Program-made: the position numbers and the translations under genes
Part shown: positions 20,185 to 29,957 of the stretch, in pieces
Numbering within the stretch: position 1 is the first letter of the stretch
Layout: every line of letters begins with the position of its first letter
From: an uncultured Chloroflexia bacterium
Lineage (GTDB): Bacteria > Chloroflexota > Limnocylindria > QHBO01
Assembly (NCBI GenBank): GCA_963827475.1
Contig: CAWHAZ010000004.1
Span: 1-64,000, forward strand
Reading direction: 5' to 3'
Length of the DNA stretch: 64,000 nt
The notes under the pieces: model-generated
Seen by the model: only the letters and a program-made list of their open reading frames with translations
Databases searched by the model: none
Told to the model about the DNA's origin: nothing

Positions 20185-22546
20185 CGGCGTCAAGGGTAGC
20201 GGTCAGCGACCGCAGGCGGGCGTGGCGCGCCTCACGCTCGTTGGCGTAGCGGGTGATCCCATCGACGATGTGCCGCGGCCCGAGGTGCGCCTCGTCGATG
20301 ACCTCCTCCACCGTGCCGCCCGTCCGCCAGCGGTGATCCCAGTCCGATGACAGCGAGTACGTCTCACCGATCGGTCCGGTCACGAAGTCGTGCATCAGCT
20401 TGTAGGCCCGGTTGGTGACGGCCATCCCATCCAGCCGATCGGCCTCGGAGCAGATCCGGTCGCGATAGGCCTGGCCCTGGAGCCGGAACAGCTGGGGGCT
20501 GATGCAGGCCACGATCTTCAGGTTCAGGTCGGCCGCGTCGAGCTCGGGCAGGACCTTGACCAGGTTGGCTGTCGACATCGTGCCCTGGACGTAGACCGAG
20601 CCGCCGCGCGGTCGGGATGGGTCCGGCTCGCGGATGAGGTAGGCGCCGCGGGCCGCTTCGAGGTGGGACGCCATGCCCAGCGCCGCGCGGTCGGGGATCT
20701 CGACCGCGGGCCGGGTGAGGTGGAGGGCCACGATCGGGACCGGCTGGGCAAGAGCCGCGGCCAGTACGACGGGCACCTCGTTGTGCTCCCACGGGTGAAG
20801 GTCGATGACGTGGCCATCGGGGAACAGCTGGGTGACGCCGGTCTCGTAGATCCCGAAATGGGTCCGCGAGTCCTCCGCCGTCTCCGGCCCGGAGTGCGCG
20901 GCCACCCAGATGACCTTGCCCACCTTCAGCTGGCAGTCCTGGGCCAGCTGCGAGAACAGACGCATCGATCCGTACTTGAGGTACGAGAACGAGCCATAGG
21001 TCGAGCACGCGCCCCAGAACCCGTTGAACGAGCTCATCGGGTCGTCCGAAAGGTTGACCGATGCCAGGCCGACGGTCAGGCCGCTGTTCGTGAACTCGGT
21101 GATCTGCTGGGGCAGCAGCGACCCGCGCAGGTTCGTCTCTCGGTTGTACCAGCCCCAGCCCGGGAGGTCCTCCCAATCCTTGGCGAAGCCGGCGATGTTC
21201 GTCGACTCGGCCAGGTCCGCCGAGCAGACGATGAACAGCGGTCGGTCATAGTCCGCCCGCGCCGTGGCGTTGACCCAGGCCCCCCACGAGGCGAGGGCGG
21301 CCCGGTTGGCCGCCTTCTCCCCGGGCGCCTTGAACAGGGCGGGCGGGTAGGCCGACACGTCCGTGAAGCGCGGGTCGTCAAAGATCTCCGCACCGCGGCC
21401 CCCGAGATGGAACCCCTCGACCCGCTCGGGCACGAGGGCGGCAACCTCCAGCAGCCGGTCGCTGACCGCGTCCACGACCTCGGTGTTGGCGCGCAGAACG
21501 GAGATCGCGAGCTCGAGGTTGTGGCGAGCCTGGGCCGAGCGCTCGGTGGCGTCGGCGGGCGCCTCGGCGTCGACCCCCGCGTATTCCACCCCGTGACGCG
21601 ACATGAACTCGTGGCGAACGGCCCAGAACTCGGGCGCGTTCATCGGCCATGGCGTGCCATGGCTCTTGTTGTCGTACTTCCCGTAGCCGCGCCCCTTGCG
21701 GGTGCGGAACCAACCGACCGAGGGGACGCCCTCGGGGTTGTCGCCCCGGGCCGCCTCCAGCACGGTGGCGGTCACCGGGCCCCATTCGGAGCCGTCCATC
21801 GTGCCGGCCACCCGCCAGTGGTACGCCTCGAACCAGCTCTGCGGCGTGCCCGGCACGACCGAGGAGATGGCCGGGTCATCGATCCCGTAGTCGTTCCAGT
21901 CCAGCAGGAAGACCAGGTTGGACAGGCCCAGGCCCCAGGCCGAGTTCCGCGTCTCGTGGCTGGCGCCCGGGGTCAGGCCGCCCTCGCCCTCGACCACGAA
22001 GACCTTGACCTCCTCCGCCCCGGCCAGCTTCAGCGCGACAGCCTGACCCACCGGCGGCGGTTGGCCGTGGCCGGACGGCCCGGTGTTCCACTTCAGGAAC
22101 AGGGTCTTGCCCTCCATCTCGGCGTGCCCCGGCAGCCCGCCACGACGGCGCAGGAGGAGCATGTCCTCCCAGCCGAGAGCCCAGCGGCCGTCGTCGGGCA
22201 GGAGGAAGCGCGGGTCCGGATCACGCTCGGCGCGCGCCCGGAGAGTCTCGTTCAGGACGGCCAGGGTGGCGTAGATCAAGGGCACCGTGTGGCCGGCCGA
22301 CAGAATGAATCGGTCGGCGAACGGGAGCCACGGGCGGCGGATGTCCCAGCGCATGGCCCCCGACAGCATCAGGGCGACGAGGAGGTGGACCTTCGATCGC
22401 GAACCGCCCGGGTGCCCGCTCTGGCGATAGTTCAGCGACAGGTCGATGACCTCGTCGATGACCTCGCGGATCAGCTCCCAGTGCGGGAACTGGGCCTCCG
22501 CCTGGGCCAGCAGGCGATCGGTCCCTGCCGGTTGGACCGCGGTCAT
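20177..22546 (-). CDS. tkt: Transketolase (long, divergent type)
   Basis: QSGHPGGS, DRFILSAGH, LPGHAE, NTGPSGHG, SADLAEST, HSGPETAEDSRTH. Confidence 0.9.
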   Translation of the reverse strand: MTAVQPAGTDRLLAQAEAQFPHWELIREVIDEVIDLSLNYRQSGHPGGSRSKVHLLVALMLSGAMRWDIRRPWLPFADRFILSAGHTVPLIYATLAVLNETLRARAERDPDPRFLLPDDGRWALGWEDMLLLRRRGGLPGHAEMEGKTLFLKWNTGPSGHGQPPPVGQAVALKLAGAEEVKVFVVEGEGGLTPGASHETRNSAWGLGLSNLVFLLDWNDYGIDDPAISSVVPGTPQSWFEAYHWRVAGTMDGSEWGPVTATVLEAARGDNPEGVPSVGWFRTRKGRGYGKYDNKSHGTPWPMNAPEFWAVRHEFMSRHGVEYAGVDAEAPADATERSAQARHNLELAISVLRANTEVVDAVSDRLLEVAALVPERVEGFHLGGRGAEIFDDPRFTDVSAYPPALFKAPGEKAANRAALASWGAWVNATARADYDRPLFIVCSADLAESTNIAGFAKDWEDLPGWGWYNRETNLRGSLLPQQITEFTNSGLTVGLASVNLSDDPMSSFNGFWGACSTYGSFSYLKYGSMRLFSQLAQDCQLKVGKVIWVAAHSGPETAEDSRTHFGIYETGVTQLFPDGHVIDLHPWEHNEVPVVLAAALAQPVPIVALHLTRPAVEIPDRAALGMASHLEAARGAYLIREPDPSRPRGGSVYVQGTMSTANLVKVLPELDAADLNLKIVACISPQLFRLQGQAYRDRICSEADRLDGMAVTNRAYKLMHDFVTGPIGETYSLSSDWDHRWRTGGTVEEVIDEAHLGPRHIVDGITRYANEREARHARLRSLTATLDADA

Positions 22547-23742
22547 CCGGCGGCGGTGACCAGCTCGCCGCTGCGCTCGAGCGACGCCAGCGAAGTGCCG
22601 ATCCGCTCGAGGGCGGCCTGCAGGTTCTCCCGACTGTTCGCGTAGCTGAAGCGCAGGTATCCCTCGCCGTGGCGACCGAACGCGGTGCCGGCCAGCGCGC
22701 AGACCCCCGCGTCGTAGAGCAGGTGGGTCGCGACCTCGGCGCTGGAGCGGCCAAACGATGACAAGTTCGGGAAGACGTAGAACGCGCCGTGGGGCATCAC
22801 GCAGGTCACCCCGGGGATCTGGTTGAGCCCGTTGACCATGAGCTCGCGGCGGGCGATGAACTCGGCACGCATCGCATCGGCCGCGTCCTGCGGTCCGGTG
22901 AGGGCGGCGATCGCGCCCGCCTGGGCGAAGGCGTTGGTGCAGCTCACCGAGTTGATCACCAGCCGGCTGTAGGTCGGGACCAGCCAGCCCGGGATCACGC
23001 CGTACCCCAGCCGCCAGCCGGTCATGGCGAACGTCTTCGAGAACCCGTCGAGGGTGATCGTGCGGTCGGCCATGCCGGGCAGGGTCGCGATCGACAGCGG
23101 CTCGTCCTCGTACTGCAGCCGGCCGTAGATCTCGTCGGCCAGCACGACCAGGTCGTGGCGCACCGCGATCTCGGCGATGGCCCGGATGTCGTCCCCGGTC
23201 AGGATCGAGCCAGTCGGGTTGTGCGGGCTGTTGATGACGATCATCCGCGTGCGCGGGGTGACGAGGCTGGCGACCTCGTCCACGTCCATCCGGAAGTCGC
23301 GCTCTTCGCGCAGCGGGGCCGCCACCGCCACCCCACCCACGTACTCGGTCATCGACTCGTAGATCGGGAAGCCGGGGTTGGGGTAGATGACCTCGTCGCC
23401 TTCGTCGATCAGGGCGAGCAGCGCGTAGAACATGATCGGCTTGGCGCCCGGCGTCACGATCACCTGCTCGGGCGTCGCCTCGATCCCCTTCCAGCGGCGC
23501 ACGTCGTCAGCGATCGCCTGGCGCAGGGGGGCGATGCCCTCAGCCGCCGTGTAATGGGTCATGCCCTGCTCGAGCAGACCGCGCGCCGCCGCGTCCTTGA
23601 TGTGCTGCGGCGTGTCGAAATCCGGCTCCCCGATCTCGAGGTGGATCACGCTGCGGCCGGTCGCCTCCAGCGCTCGCCCGCGGGCGGCGGCCTCGAACGC
23701 GGTTTCGGTCCCCATCCGGGACATGCGCTCTGCGAGCTTCAT
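22543..23742 (-). CDS. PLP-dependent class I/II (aspartate-type) aminotransferase
   Basis: IGEPDFDTP, NSPHNPTG, DEIY, GFSKTFAMTGWRLG. Confidence 0.95.
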   Translation of the reverse strand: MKLAERMSRMGTETAFEAAARGRALEATGRSVIHLEIGEPDFDTPQHIKDAAARGLLEQGMTHYTAAEGIAPLRQAIADDVRRWKGIEATPEQVIVTPGAKPIMFYALLALIDEGDEVIYPNPGFPIYESMTEYVGGVAVAAPLREERDFRMDVDEVASLVTPRTRMIVINSPHNPTGSILTGDDIRAIAEIAVRHDLVVLADEIYGRLQYEDEPLSIATLPGMADRTITLDGFSKTFAMTGWRLGYGVIPGWLVPTYSRLVINSVSCTNAFAQAGAIAALTGPQDAADAMRAEFIARRELMVNGLNQIPGVTCVMPHGAFYVFPNLSSFGRSSAEVATHLLYDAGVCALAGTAFGRHGEGYLRFSYANSRENLQAALERIGTSLASLERSGELVTAAG

Positions 23743-23839
23743 CGGTTCAAGTGTACCGATTGGGCCATTGCGGCCGTGTGGCGGCGGATTGCTATACTTT
23801 CCGAAGCGAATCCATATCCGCACGGGAGTACTGCGAACC

Positions 23840-24259
23840 GTGACGCTCTCTGAAACGACGACCGAGACCCAGACCACCGCGCCTTCGGCCCTGCCCGAGC
23901 AGCTGGTCAGCCTGACCGATGCCGCGGCGGCCAAGGTCATGGAGCTGCGCTCCCGAGAAGGGAAAGCGGAAGCCTCCCTTCGCCTGTTCGTGAAGAGCGG
24001 GGGCTGCTCCGGCTTCAGCTACGGCCTGGCGTTCGACGACTCGCGGGCCGAGGACGACCGGATCGAGCTCCACGGCGAGGTCCCGATCGTGATCGACGCC
24101 TTCAGCGCCCAGTACGTCGACGGCGCCGAGATCGACTACGTCGACTCGCTCATGGGCTCCGGCTTCGCGATCAACAACCCGAACGCGGTCAGCAGCTGCG
24201 CCTGCGGCTCGTCGTTCAACACCGATGGGTCGCCCGCCAAGGCCGGGGGCTGCCACTAA
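23840..24259 (+). CDS. IscA/ErpA/HesB Fe-S carrier protein
   Basis: GGCSGFSY and CACGSSF. Confidence 0.95.
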   Translation: MTLSETTTETQTTAPSALPEQLVSLTDAAAAKVMELRSREGKAEASLRLFVKSGGCSGFSYGLAFDDSRAEDDRIELHGEVPIVIDAFSAQYVDGAEIDYVDSLMGSGFAINNPNAVSSCACGSSFNTDGSPAKAGGCH

Positions 24260-24283
24260 CCGCCCGCAATTCGCCTGAACCCT

Positions 24284-24320
24284 GACGACCCCGGTCCCGC
24301 CACCGGGGTCGTTCTCTTTC
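24284..24320 (+). terminator. Intrinsic terminator-like hairpin
   Basis: GACGACCCCGGT-cccgcc-ACCGGGGTCGTT followed by CTCTTTC. Confidence 0.7.
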
Positions 24321-25185
24321 AGCCGCCCGCCCCGTCGGGGAGCAGGCTCCAGATCTGGCGGGCGCCGGTCACCCCCTTCAGCTCGTGGGCGCCGCGGTCC
24401 TCGAAGCGAAGGTCGGAGTCCGCGACCAGCTCGTAGGTGGTCCCGGACAGGACGACTTCCCCGGCCGCCCCAACACCGCACACCCGGCTCGCGACGTGCA
24501 CGGCCACGCCGCGCAGGTCATCGGCCAGGATCTCCACCTCTCCGGTGTGGACGCCGACTCGCAGCCCCATGCCCACGCGCGACGCTTCCGCGCTGATGGC
24601 CGCCCCACAGCGGATCGCCCGCTCCGCGCCGTCGAAGATGGCGATCAGGCCGTCGCCGGTGGTCGCCCCGACCTTGCCGCGGTACTTGTCGATCTGACGT
24701 CGGCTGGCGGCGTTCAGGTTGGCGAGGGCGGTCGCCCAGCCCGATGCGCCCATCCGCTCCGCGGTCGGGGTCGAGTCCACGATGTCGGTCACGACCAGGG
24801 TGGCCAGTACCCGCTCCGCACGGTTGGCGGCCGGGAGGGCGAACGTCCGCGCCCCGGCGAAGTCGTACTGGACGACCGGCTCATCGCCGACGACCCAGGC
24901 GTCGTGGCCCGGCAGGATCTCGTAGACGTGGCCCGCCTTCAGCTCCATCTCCATCCCGTCGGCCGTGACGAAGTGCATCTCGCCGGAGAGCATGATCCCG
25001 AGATGGTGGTACTCGCACCACTCTGTCCCGGCAATGGGCCTCACGTCGTTGGACCAGCGCCAGCCGGGGTTCATCGTGGCCCGCCCGATGACGAAGTCGC
25101 CGAGGTTCCAGACTTCGACCTTGCCGTTCGGGATGTTGCGCTCCTCGTCGGGAAGGTCGAGGGACTTGCGTTGGGAGCTGGCCAT
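24319..25185 (-). CDS. Cupin domain fused to a class III adenylate/guanylate cyclase
   Basis: N-terminal PGWRWS..C..HH..PGHDAWVVG cupin; C-terminal TDIVDST, TGDG, GVHTGEV, ELKGV. Confidence 0.88.
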   Translation of the reverse strand: MASSQRKSLDLPDEERNIPNGKVEVWNLGDFVIGRATMNPGWRWSNDVRPIAGTEWCEYHHLGIMLSGEMHFVTADGMEMELKAGHVYEILPGHDAWVVGDEPVVQYDFAGARTFALPAANRAERVLATLVVTDIVDSTPTAERMGASGWATALANLNAASRRQIDKYRGKVGATTGDGLIAIFDGAERAIRCGAAISAEASRVGMGLRVGVHTGEVEILADDLRGVAVHVASRVCGVGAAGEVVLSGTTYELVADSDLRFEDRGAHELKGVTGARQIWSLLPDGAGG

Positions 25186-25191
25186 GCGTGC

Positions 25192-26646
25192 CTATTCTCC
25201 CGAACCGTCATCGGCGAATGTCTCGTCGGCCGCGCGGATGGTCTCACTCCCGGCCCCGCCGAGGCTGGCCGGCATCGGTCGGGGCAGATCGGGTGGCTGG
25301 ACGTATCGGTCCACCAGCTCGCGGCTGCCATCCACGCCGAGCCGCTCGAACAGCAGCTCGACGCGGGCGGCGAGGTGGGCACCGATCTCGGCCTCGGCAT
25401 CCGGACCGATGGACCACAGGGCCTCCTTGAACGGGCCGAGTGCCTTCTTGCGGGTCTTGTATAGGAACTGCTCGTCGGTCTCGCCGGGCTTGCGCTCGTC
25501 GGCGCAGTTGGCGAGGCACCAGGCCATCATCTCGGCCCGCAGGTCGGCCGGCAGGCCGCCGCCGTCGTACAGGATGTTCTGGAACCCGGTGGCGAGGTGG
25601 ATCTCGGCGCAGCCGGCGGCCGGGAAGTGGCCGAAGGCCTCCTCGGGCAGGGTGCTGGCCCCGTGCTGGACGCAGCCGGCGAGCCCGAACTCCTCGCGGG
25701 CGACGGTGGACAGGCGGGTGAGGGTGTCGAAGTCGATCGCGACTGGCGCCACGCTGCCGTCGGCCAGCACCACGCCGCCGTGGGACGTTCCGGTCTGGAT
25801 GCTGACCTTGCTGATCCCCGACGCGTCATTGCTGCCGAGGGCTGTCCGGTACTCGGCCAGGTAGGCACGGAGCTCGGCCTCGGTCGAGTTCGTCTTGCCC
25901 ACCTCCCCGATCTCGCCGCCCACCGAGATGGTCACCCCCGGCGGCTCCACCTCGCGGACGAGGCGGGTCAGGTCCGCCGTCCGTTCGGCGTTCACTTGTT
26001 GCTGCTCAGGGATGGTCGGGTGGGACAGGTCGACGAGGGTGCTGGCGTCGATGTCGACGTTCAGGAAGCCGGCCGCGACCGCCTCGCGGACGAGGTCCCC
26101 CAGGCCCTCCACCTCCGCCTCCGGGTCCGCGGCCCAGCGGGTGGCGTTGAACTGGAAATGGTCGCCCTGGAGGAACACCGGGCCGCGCCACCCCTCCCGG
26201 AGCGCTGCGGCCAGGATGACCGCGGTGTACTCGCCGGGGCGCTGGTCGGTGTAGGCCATCTCGCTCTTGGCGATCTCGAACACGAGCGCACCCACCGCGC
26301 GGCGCTTGGCGACGGCGAATACGGTCCGGGCGGTGAGATAGGCCGCCGCGCGGACGTTGATGGCGGGCACGGTGAAGGCGGTGGGCGGGAACTCCCCGCG
26401 TCCCCGAGCGAGGTACAGGTCCTGGATCGAGGCCGACGGGCAGCCGAGCGCCTGGCTGGCGGCCCAGATCGCCCAGCGGGCCGCGTCGCGGGCGGCGGGA
26501 TCGCGGTGGAAGACCGCGTCGCGGACGAGGGCGTCGGTGAGCGGGCCCTGGAAGGCGGTCGGGTCGGCGACCGAGAGGCCGTGGGTCATGATCTCGGCGG
26601 CCGGCGCCAGGGCCGAGCGCAGGGCGTCGACGGGGGCCACCGTCAT
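25192..26646 (-). CDS. fba: Class II fructose-bisphosphate aldolase family protein
   Basis: VPAINVR, QGDHFQ, DIDAS, GGEIGEVG, GTSHGG, VQHGAS. Confidence 0.88.
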   Translation of the reverse strand: MTVAPVDALRSALAPAAEIMTHGLSVADPTAFQGPLTDALVRDAVFHRDPAARDAARWAIWAASQALGCPSASIQDLYLARGRGEFPPTAFTVPAINVRAAAYLTARTVFAVAKRRAVGALVFEIAKSEMAYTDQRPGEYTAVILAAALREGWRGPVFLQGDHFQFNATRWAADPEAEVEGLGDLVREAVAAGFLNVDIDASTLVDLSHPTIPEQQQVNAERTADLTRLVREVEPPGVTISVGGEIGEVGKTNSTEAELRAYLAEYRTALGSNDASGISKVSIQTGTSHGGVVLADGSVAPVAIDFDTLTRLSTVAREEFGLAGCVQHGASTLPEEAFGHFPAAGCAEIHLATGFQNILYDGGGLPADLRAEMMAWCLANCADERKPGETDEQFLYKTRKKALGPFKEALWSIGPDAEAEIGAHLAARVELLFERLGVDGSRELVDRYVQPPDLPRPMPASLGGAGSETIRAADETFADDGSGE

Positions 26647-26656
26647 GGGCCGCATC

Positions 26657-27000
26657 CTAGCCCAGCCACCCGAAGGTGGCGAGGATGACGAAGGCCAGCA
26701 GCGGGGCGATGACGACGCCCACGAGCGCCGCCACCACGTACCAGTCGCGTCCGCCGGCCGGATCCACGCCCGGCCGCCGTGACGTCCGGGCCCACCACGC
26801 CACGACCGCGCTCAGCAGCGCGACGTACAGCACCGCGGCCAGGGCGATGACCGCGAGGACCAGGTCCCGGGCCGGGCCGCAGTCCAGCGCCAGCCACCCC
26901 CGGGGGGGCACGGGTTCGCGAGCTCGACTCCGACCAGCAGGCCGGTCGCGGCGAGGACGAGGGCCGACCAGCCGAGGTGGACGAGGAGGAGGCGGTTCAG
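26657..27000 (-). CDS. Small membrane protein (frameshifted, start uncertain)
   Basis: Three hydrophobic segments; co-oriented at the end of the Rieske/cyt b operon. Confidence 0.5.
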
Positions 27001-27015
27001 GCTGGCGGGTTCGGC

Positions 27016-27591
27016 TCAGCCGGCGCGGGCCGATGCGGCGGCGGCCGCCTGGGCGTCCCGGCGGGCGGCGCGGCGGAACTCGTAGTACAGGTAGGCAAGC
27101 GCGGTTGCCGTCCCGCCGGCGGTCATGACGCCCAGGCCGAGGGCGATGAGCGGCAGCTCGAGCGGGATGAACGAGCCGCCGGCCACGTTGAACACGAAGT
27201 ACGGGATGAGCAGCAGCATGACCATGAGGTAGTTGGCGAGGGTGAACAGGCGGATAAGGGTCCAGCCGGGGCCCTGCCGGCCACGGGAAGCCTGGATGAG
27301 GTAGGCCAGGATCACGACCAGGATCAGGTTCGTCCAGGCCACCCCGTTGGCGATGATGAACCCGACCTCCTCCGAGAACTGGAGGAACGGGATGTACAGG
27401 GTCACCCCGTAGAAGACCGAGTTCGGGACGTAGGTGACCAGCCAGTACACGAACAGGAAGGCGGGCACCGCCTTGAGGCTGGCGATGAGCCAGGTCTCGG
27501 CGCCGAACAGCAACCAGGTCGTGAAGTCATCGGCCTCGCCGATGAGGCGGGCCAACAGGCCGCGGCGCCGGGGGAGCGCGTAGGTGGTCAT
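27016..27591 (-). CDS. Multi-pass membrane protein of unknown function
   Basis: ~4 TM helices; ATG overlaps the cytochrome c stop (ATGA). Confidence 0.75.
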   Translation of the reverse strand: MTTYALPRRRGLLARLIGEADDFTTWLLFGAETWLIASLKAVPAFLFVYWLVTYVPNSVFYGVTLYIPFLQFSEEVGFIIANGVAWTNLILVVILAYLIQASRGRQGPGWTLIRLFTLANYLMVMLLLIPYFVFNVAGGSFIPLELPLIALGLGVMTAGGTATALAYLYYEFRRAARRDAQAAAAASARAG

Positions 27592-28673
27592 TCGGTCTGG
27601 TCCAGCAGGAAGGTGATCAGGGCCTGGAGCGCCGATTCGCTCAGGTCCGACTCGTTGAACGCGGGCATGCCTGTCGGGGTTCCGTCGTTGTAGTTCGCGG
27701 TCGAGTCGCGAATCCACTGCTCGAGGAACGCCCGCTTGTCCGCTTCGTAGTCCGCCAGCCGCTTCTCGTTCTGCGAGACCGGGGTTGGCAGGTCGTCGTT
27801 CAACGCGGTGCCGATCGTCTGGAGGTTCGGGCCGACGCCGCCCTCCAGCTCAGCCCCGTGGCACGAGAAGCACCCGGCATCCTGGTAGACCTGGGCCCCG
27901 GCCTCGACCGTGTCGGGGATCTCCTCGGGCGGGTTGGCCAGCGTCTCCGCCGCCCACTCCCCGATCATGGCGGTCAGGGCCTCGATCTGCTGGCGGGTGA
28001 GCGGGCCGCCGTACTCCTGACCCCACGCGGGCATCTCGCTGTCGATCTGGCCGGATCGGACGATCCCGCCCAGGGTGATGACCCACTGCACGTAGTTGTT
28101 CAACGTCTGCGCACCACCGGTCTGGGCCCACTTGTTGGCCAGCGCCAGCGAATGGAGGCTTGGTGCGCCGGCGGCGACCCCACCTTCGCCCTGGAAGCCG
28201 TGGCAGCGGACGCAGTTGGCGCCGTACGGCTGGAGGTGGGGCAGGATGGCGACGACGGCCAGGGACCCGTCGATGCCCGACGCGGTGACGGTCGTCTCGC
28301 CTTCATCCGCGAACTTCACCGGAGCCGAAGCCTCGTCCTCGATCTCGACCTCGAACGGGGTCGTCCCCGTGCCGGTGACCGTGATCGCGCCGCCGGATTC
28401 GTTGCTGAAGCTGATGCTGGTGTTGGCGTAGAGCTCGACCGACTCGACCGGCTGCGGCTCCTCTCCCGCCAGCCGCGTGAAGGCGCCGTCGGTGATGTCG
28501 ACGTCGATCGTGTACGTGTCGTCGGGGAGGAACACGATCTGGCCGAACTCGAGCAGCTCCTCGTCGCGGATGCCGGTGAAGACCTCGCGTCGGGGGGCAT
28601 CGGTGATCCAGTAGAAGGTCGTGAACGCCGCGAAGCCGACCATCAGCGCCACGCCGAGCGCCTTCATCCGCAT
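27588..28673 (-). CDS. Membrane-anchored diheme cytochrome c
   Basis: N-terminal TM, CVRCH and CFSCH, MPAW/MPAF distal Met ligands. Confidence 0.92.
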   Translation of the reverse strand: MRMKALGVALMVGFAAFTTFYWITDAPRREVFTGIRDEELLEFGQIVFLPDDTYTIDVDITDGAFTRLAGEEPQPVESVELYANTSISFSNESGGAITVTGTGTTPFEVEIEDEASAPVKFADEGETTVTASGIDGSLAVVAILPHLQPYGANCVRCHGFQGEGGVAAGAPSLHSLALANKWAQTGGAQTLNNYVQWVITLGGIVRSGQIDSEMPAWGQEYGGPLTRQQIEALTAMIGEWAAETLANPPEEIPDTVEAGAQVYQDAGCFSCHGAELEGGVGPNLQTIGTALNDDLPTPVSQNEKRLADYEADKRAFLEQWIRDSTANYNDGTPTGMPAFNESDLSESALQALITFLLDQTE

Positions 28674-28683
28674 CGGCGTGCCC

Positions 28684-29304
28684 CTAGTTGGCGCAATGCG
28701 GGATATCCTCGGTCCGGCGGTTGTCGAAGGTGTCGGTCCCGATCGGCGGGCCGGTGATCCGGACCGACGTATCGACGATGTAGACCCCGTCCTCGAGGCG
28801 GTGGGCGAAGCTGTCCATCCCGCGGGGGGCGGGTCCGTCGCGCTTTTCGCCGATGATCGTGTACTTCGACCCGTGGCAGAGGCACTCGAACCACAGGCTG
28901 CGGTCGCACAGCTGCGGGACGTTGCAGCCGAGGTGCGGGCACTTCCGATACAGGGCCAGGATGTCCATCCCCGGGTCGGGGACCTCCTCCCCGGTGCCCT
29001 CGACCCGCGACTTGCCGGCGGGGACGTTGATGATGAACAGGCGCGCCTTGTTGTAGATGAACGGCAGGCCGCGCACCCACTCCGGCTGCTGGGTCGTGAT
29101 GTCCGCCGCGCTGCCGATGACCAGGTTCGGGTCGCCGAGGCCGCCCTTCAGGTTCGGCCACAGGAACAGGATCGTGCCGCCCAGGAACTGGAGGGTGAGC
29201 AGGCCCACGCCGACCCCGACCGCCTGGCGGAGGAAGTTCCGGCGGCTGATCTCGCGGACCGGTGGGCCCGGCTGCTCCCCCCAATTCGGCGGCTGACTGG
29301 TCAC
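28684..29304 (-). CDS. Rieske [2Fe-2S] subunit of a Rieske/cyt b complex
   Basis: Tat signal SRRNFL, CPHLGC and CLCHGSKY, GPAPRG. Confidence 0.95.
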   Translation of the reverse strand: MTSQPPNWGEQPGPPVREISRRNFLRQAVGVGVGLLTLQFLGGTILFLWPNLKGGLGDPNLVIGSAADITTQQPEWVRGLPFIYNKARLFIINVPAGKSRVEGTGEEVPDPGMDILALYRKCPHLGCNVPQLCDRSLWFECLCHGSKYTIIGEKRDGPAPRGMDSFAHRLEDGVYIVDTSVRITGPPIGTDTFDNRRTEDIPHCAN

Positions 29305-29314
29305 GGCGCCGTCC

Positions 29315-29932
29315 TCACAGGGTGAAGAACAAGCCGTCCCACGGCCAGACCCAGTTCCAGCCCGGGCCGCGGAAGAAGGCACCGATGAGGGTCACCCCGA
29401 TGCCGAAGAACATGATCGTCAGGAAGAAGATCCACGCCACCTTCCGGTCGCGGGCGGCGCGGTACGGCGACTTGTCGATGTACGCGATCAGGGCCAGGCC
29501 GATGAAGTACATCGGCGGGATGACGATCCCGGCCACCGTGGTGTTGAAGTAGGCCAGCAGCTCCTGCAGGCCGAGGAAGTACCACGGCGCCTTGGCGATG
29601 TGCGGCGTGACGTTGACGTTCGCCTGCTCCTCCAGCGGGGCCTGGACGAAGAAGGACATCACCAGCAGCATGCCCGTGATCAGGCAGGCCATGAGGAACT
29701 CCGCCCGCAGCAGGTGGGGCCAGGTGAGGACCGTCTCGTCCGGCCGCTTGTCGACGCGGACCATGGACTCCTGGCGGACATAGGCCAGCAGCCGGAAGCG
29801 CTCCGTGCCGGGCGCGCCGGGCGGCCCGGGCAGCTTGGGCCCCGGACCGGGGACCGCCGGAGCGGTGGGCACCGGGGCCTGGGTCGGGGCGTTCTTGTCG
29901 GCCGTGGCGTTCGGCCGCTTCTCGATGGTCAT
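29315..29932 (-). CDS. Cytochrome b C-terminal part (subunit IV/PetD-like)
   Basis: TWPHLL, APLEEQAN, TPHIAKAPWYFLGLQELL. Confidence 0.9.
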   Translation of the reverse strand: MTIEKRPNATADKNAPTQAPVPTAPAVPGPGPKLPGPPGAPGTERFRLLAYVRQESMVRVDKRPDETVLTWPHLLRAEFLMACLITGMLLVMSFFVQAPLEEQANVNVTPHIAKAPWYFLGLQELLAYFNTTVAGIVIPPMYFIGLALIAYIDKSPYRAARDRKVAWIFFLTIMFFGIGVTLIGAFFRGPGWNWVWPWDGLFFTL

Positions 29933-29957
29933 CTGTCAGTCATCGGTCAGTCGCCGC

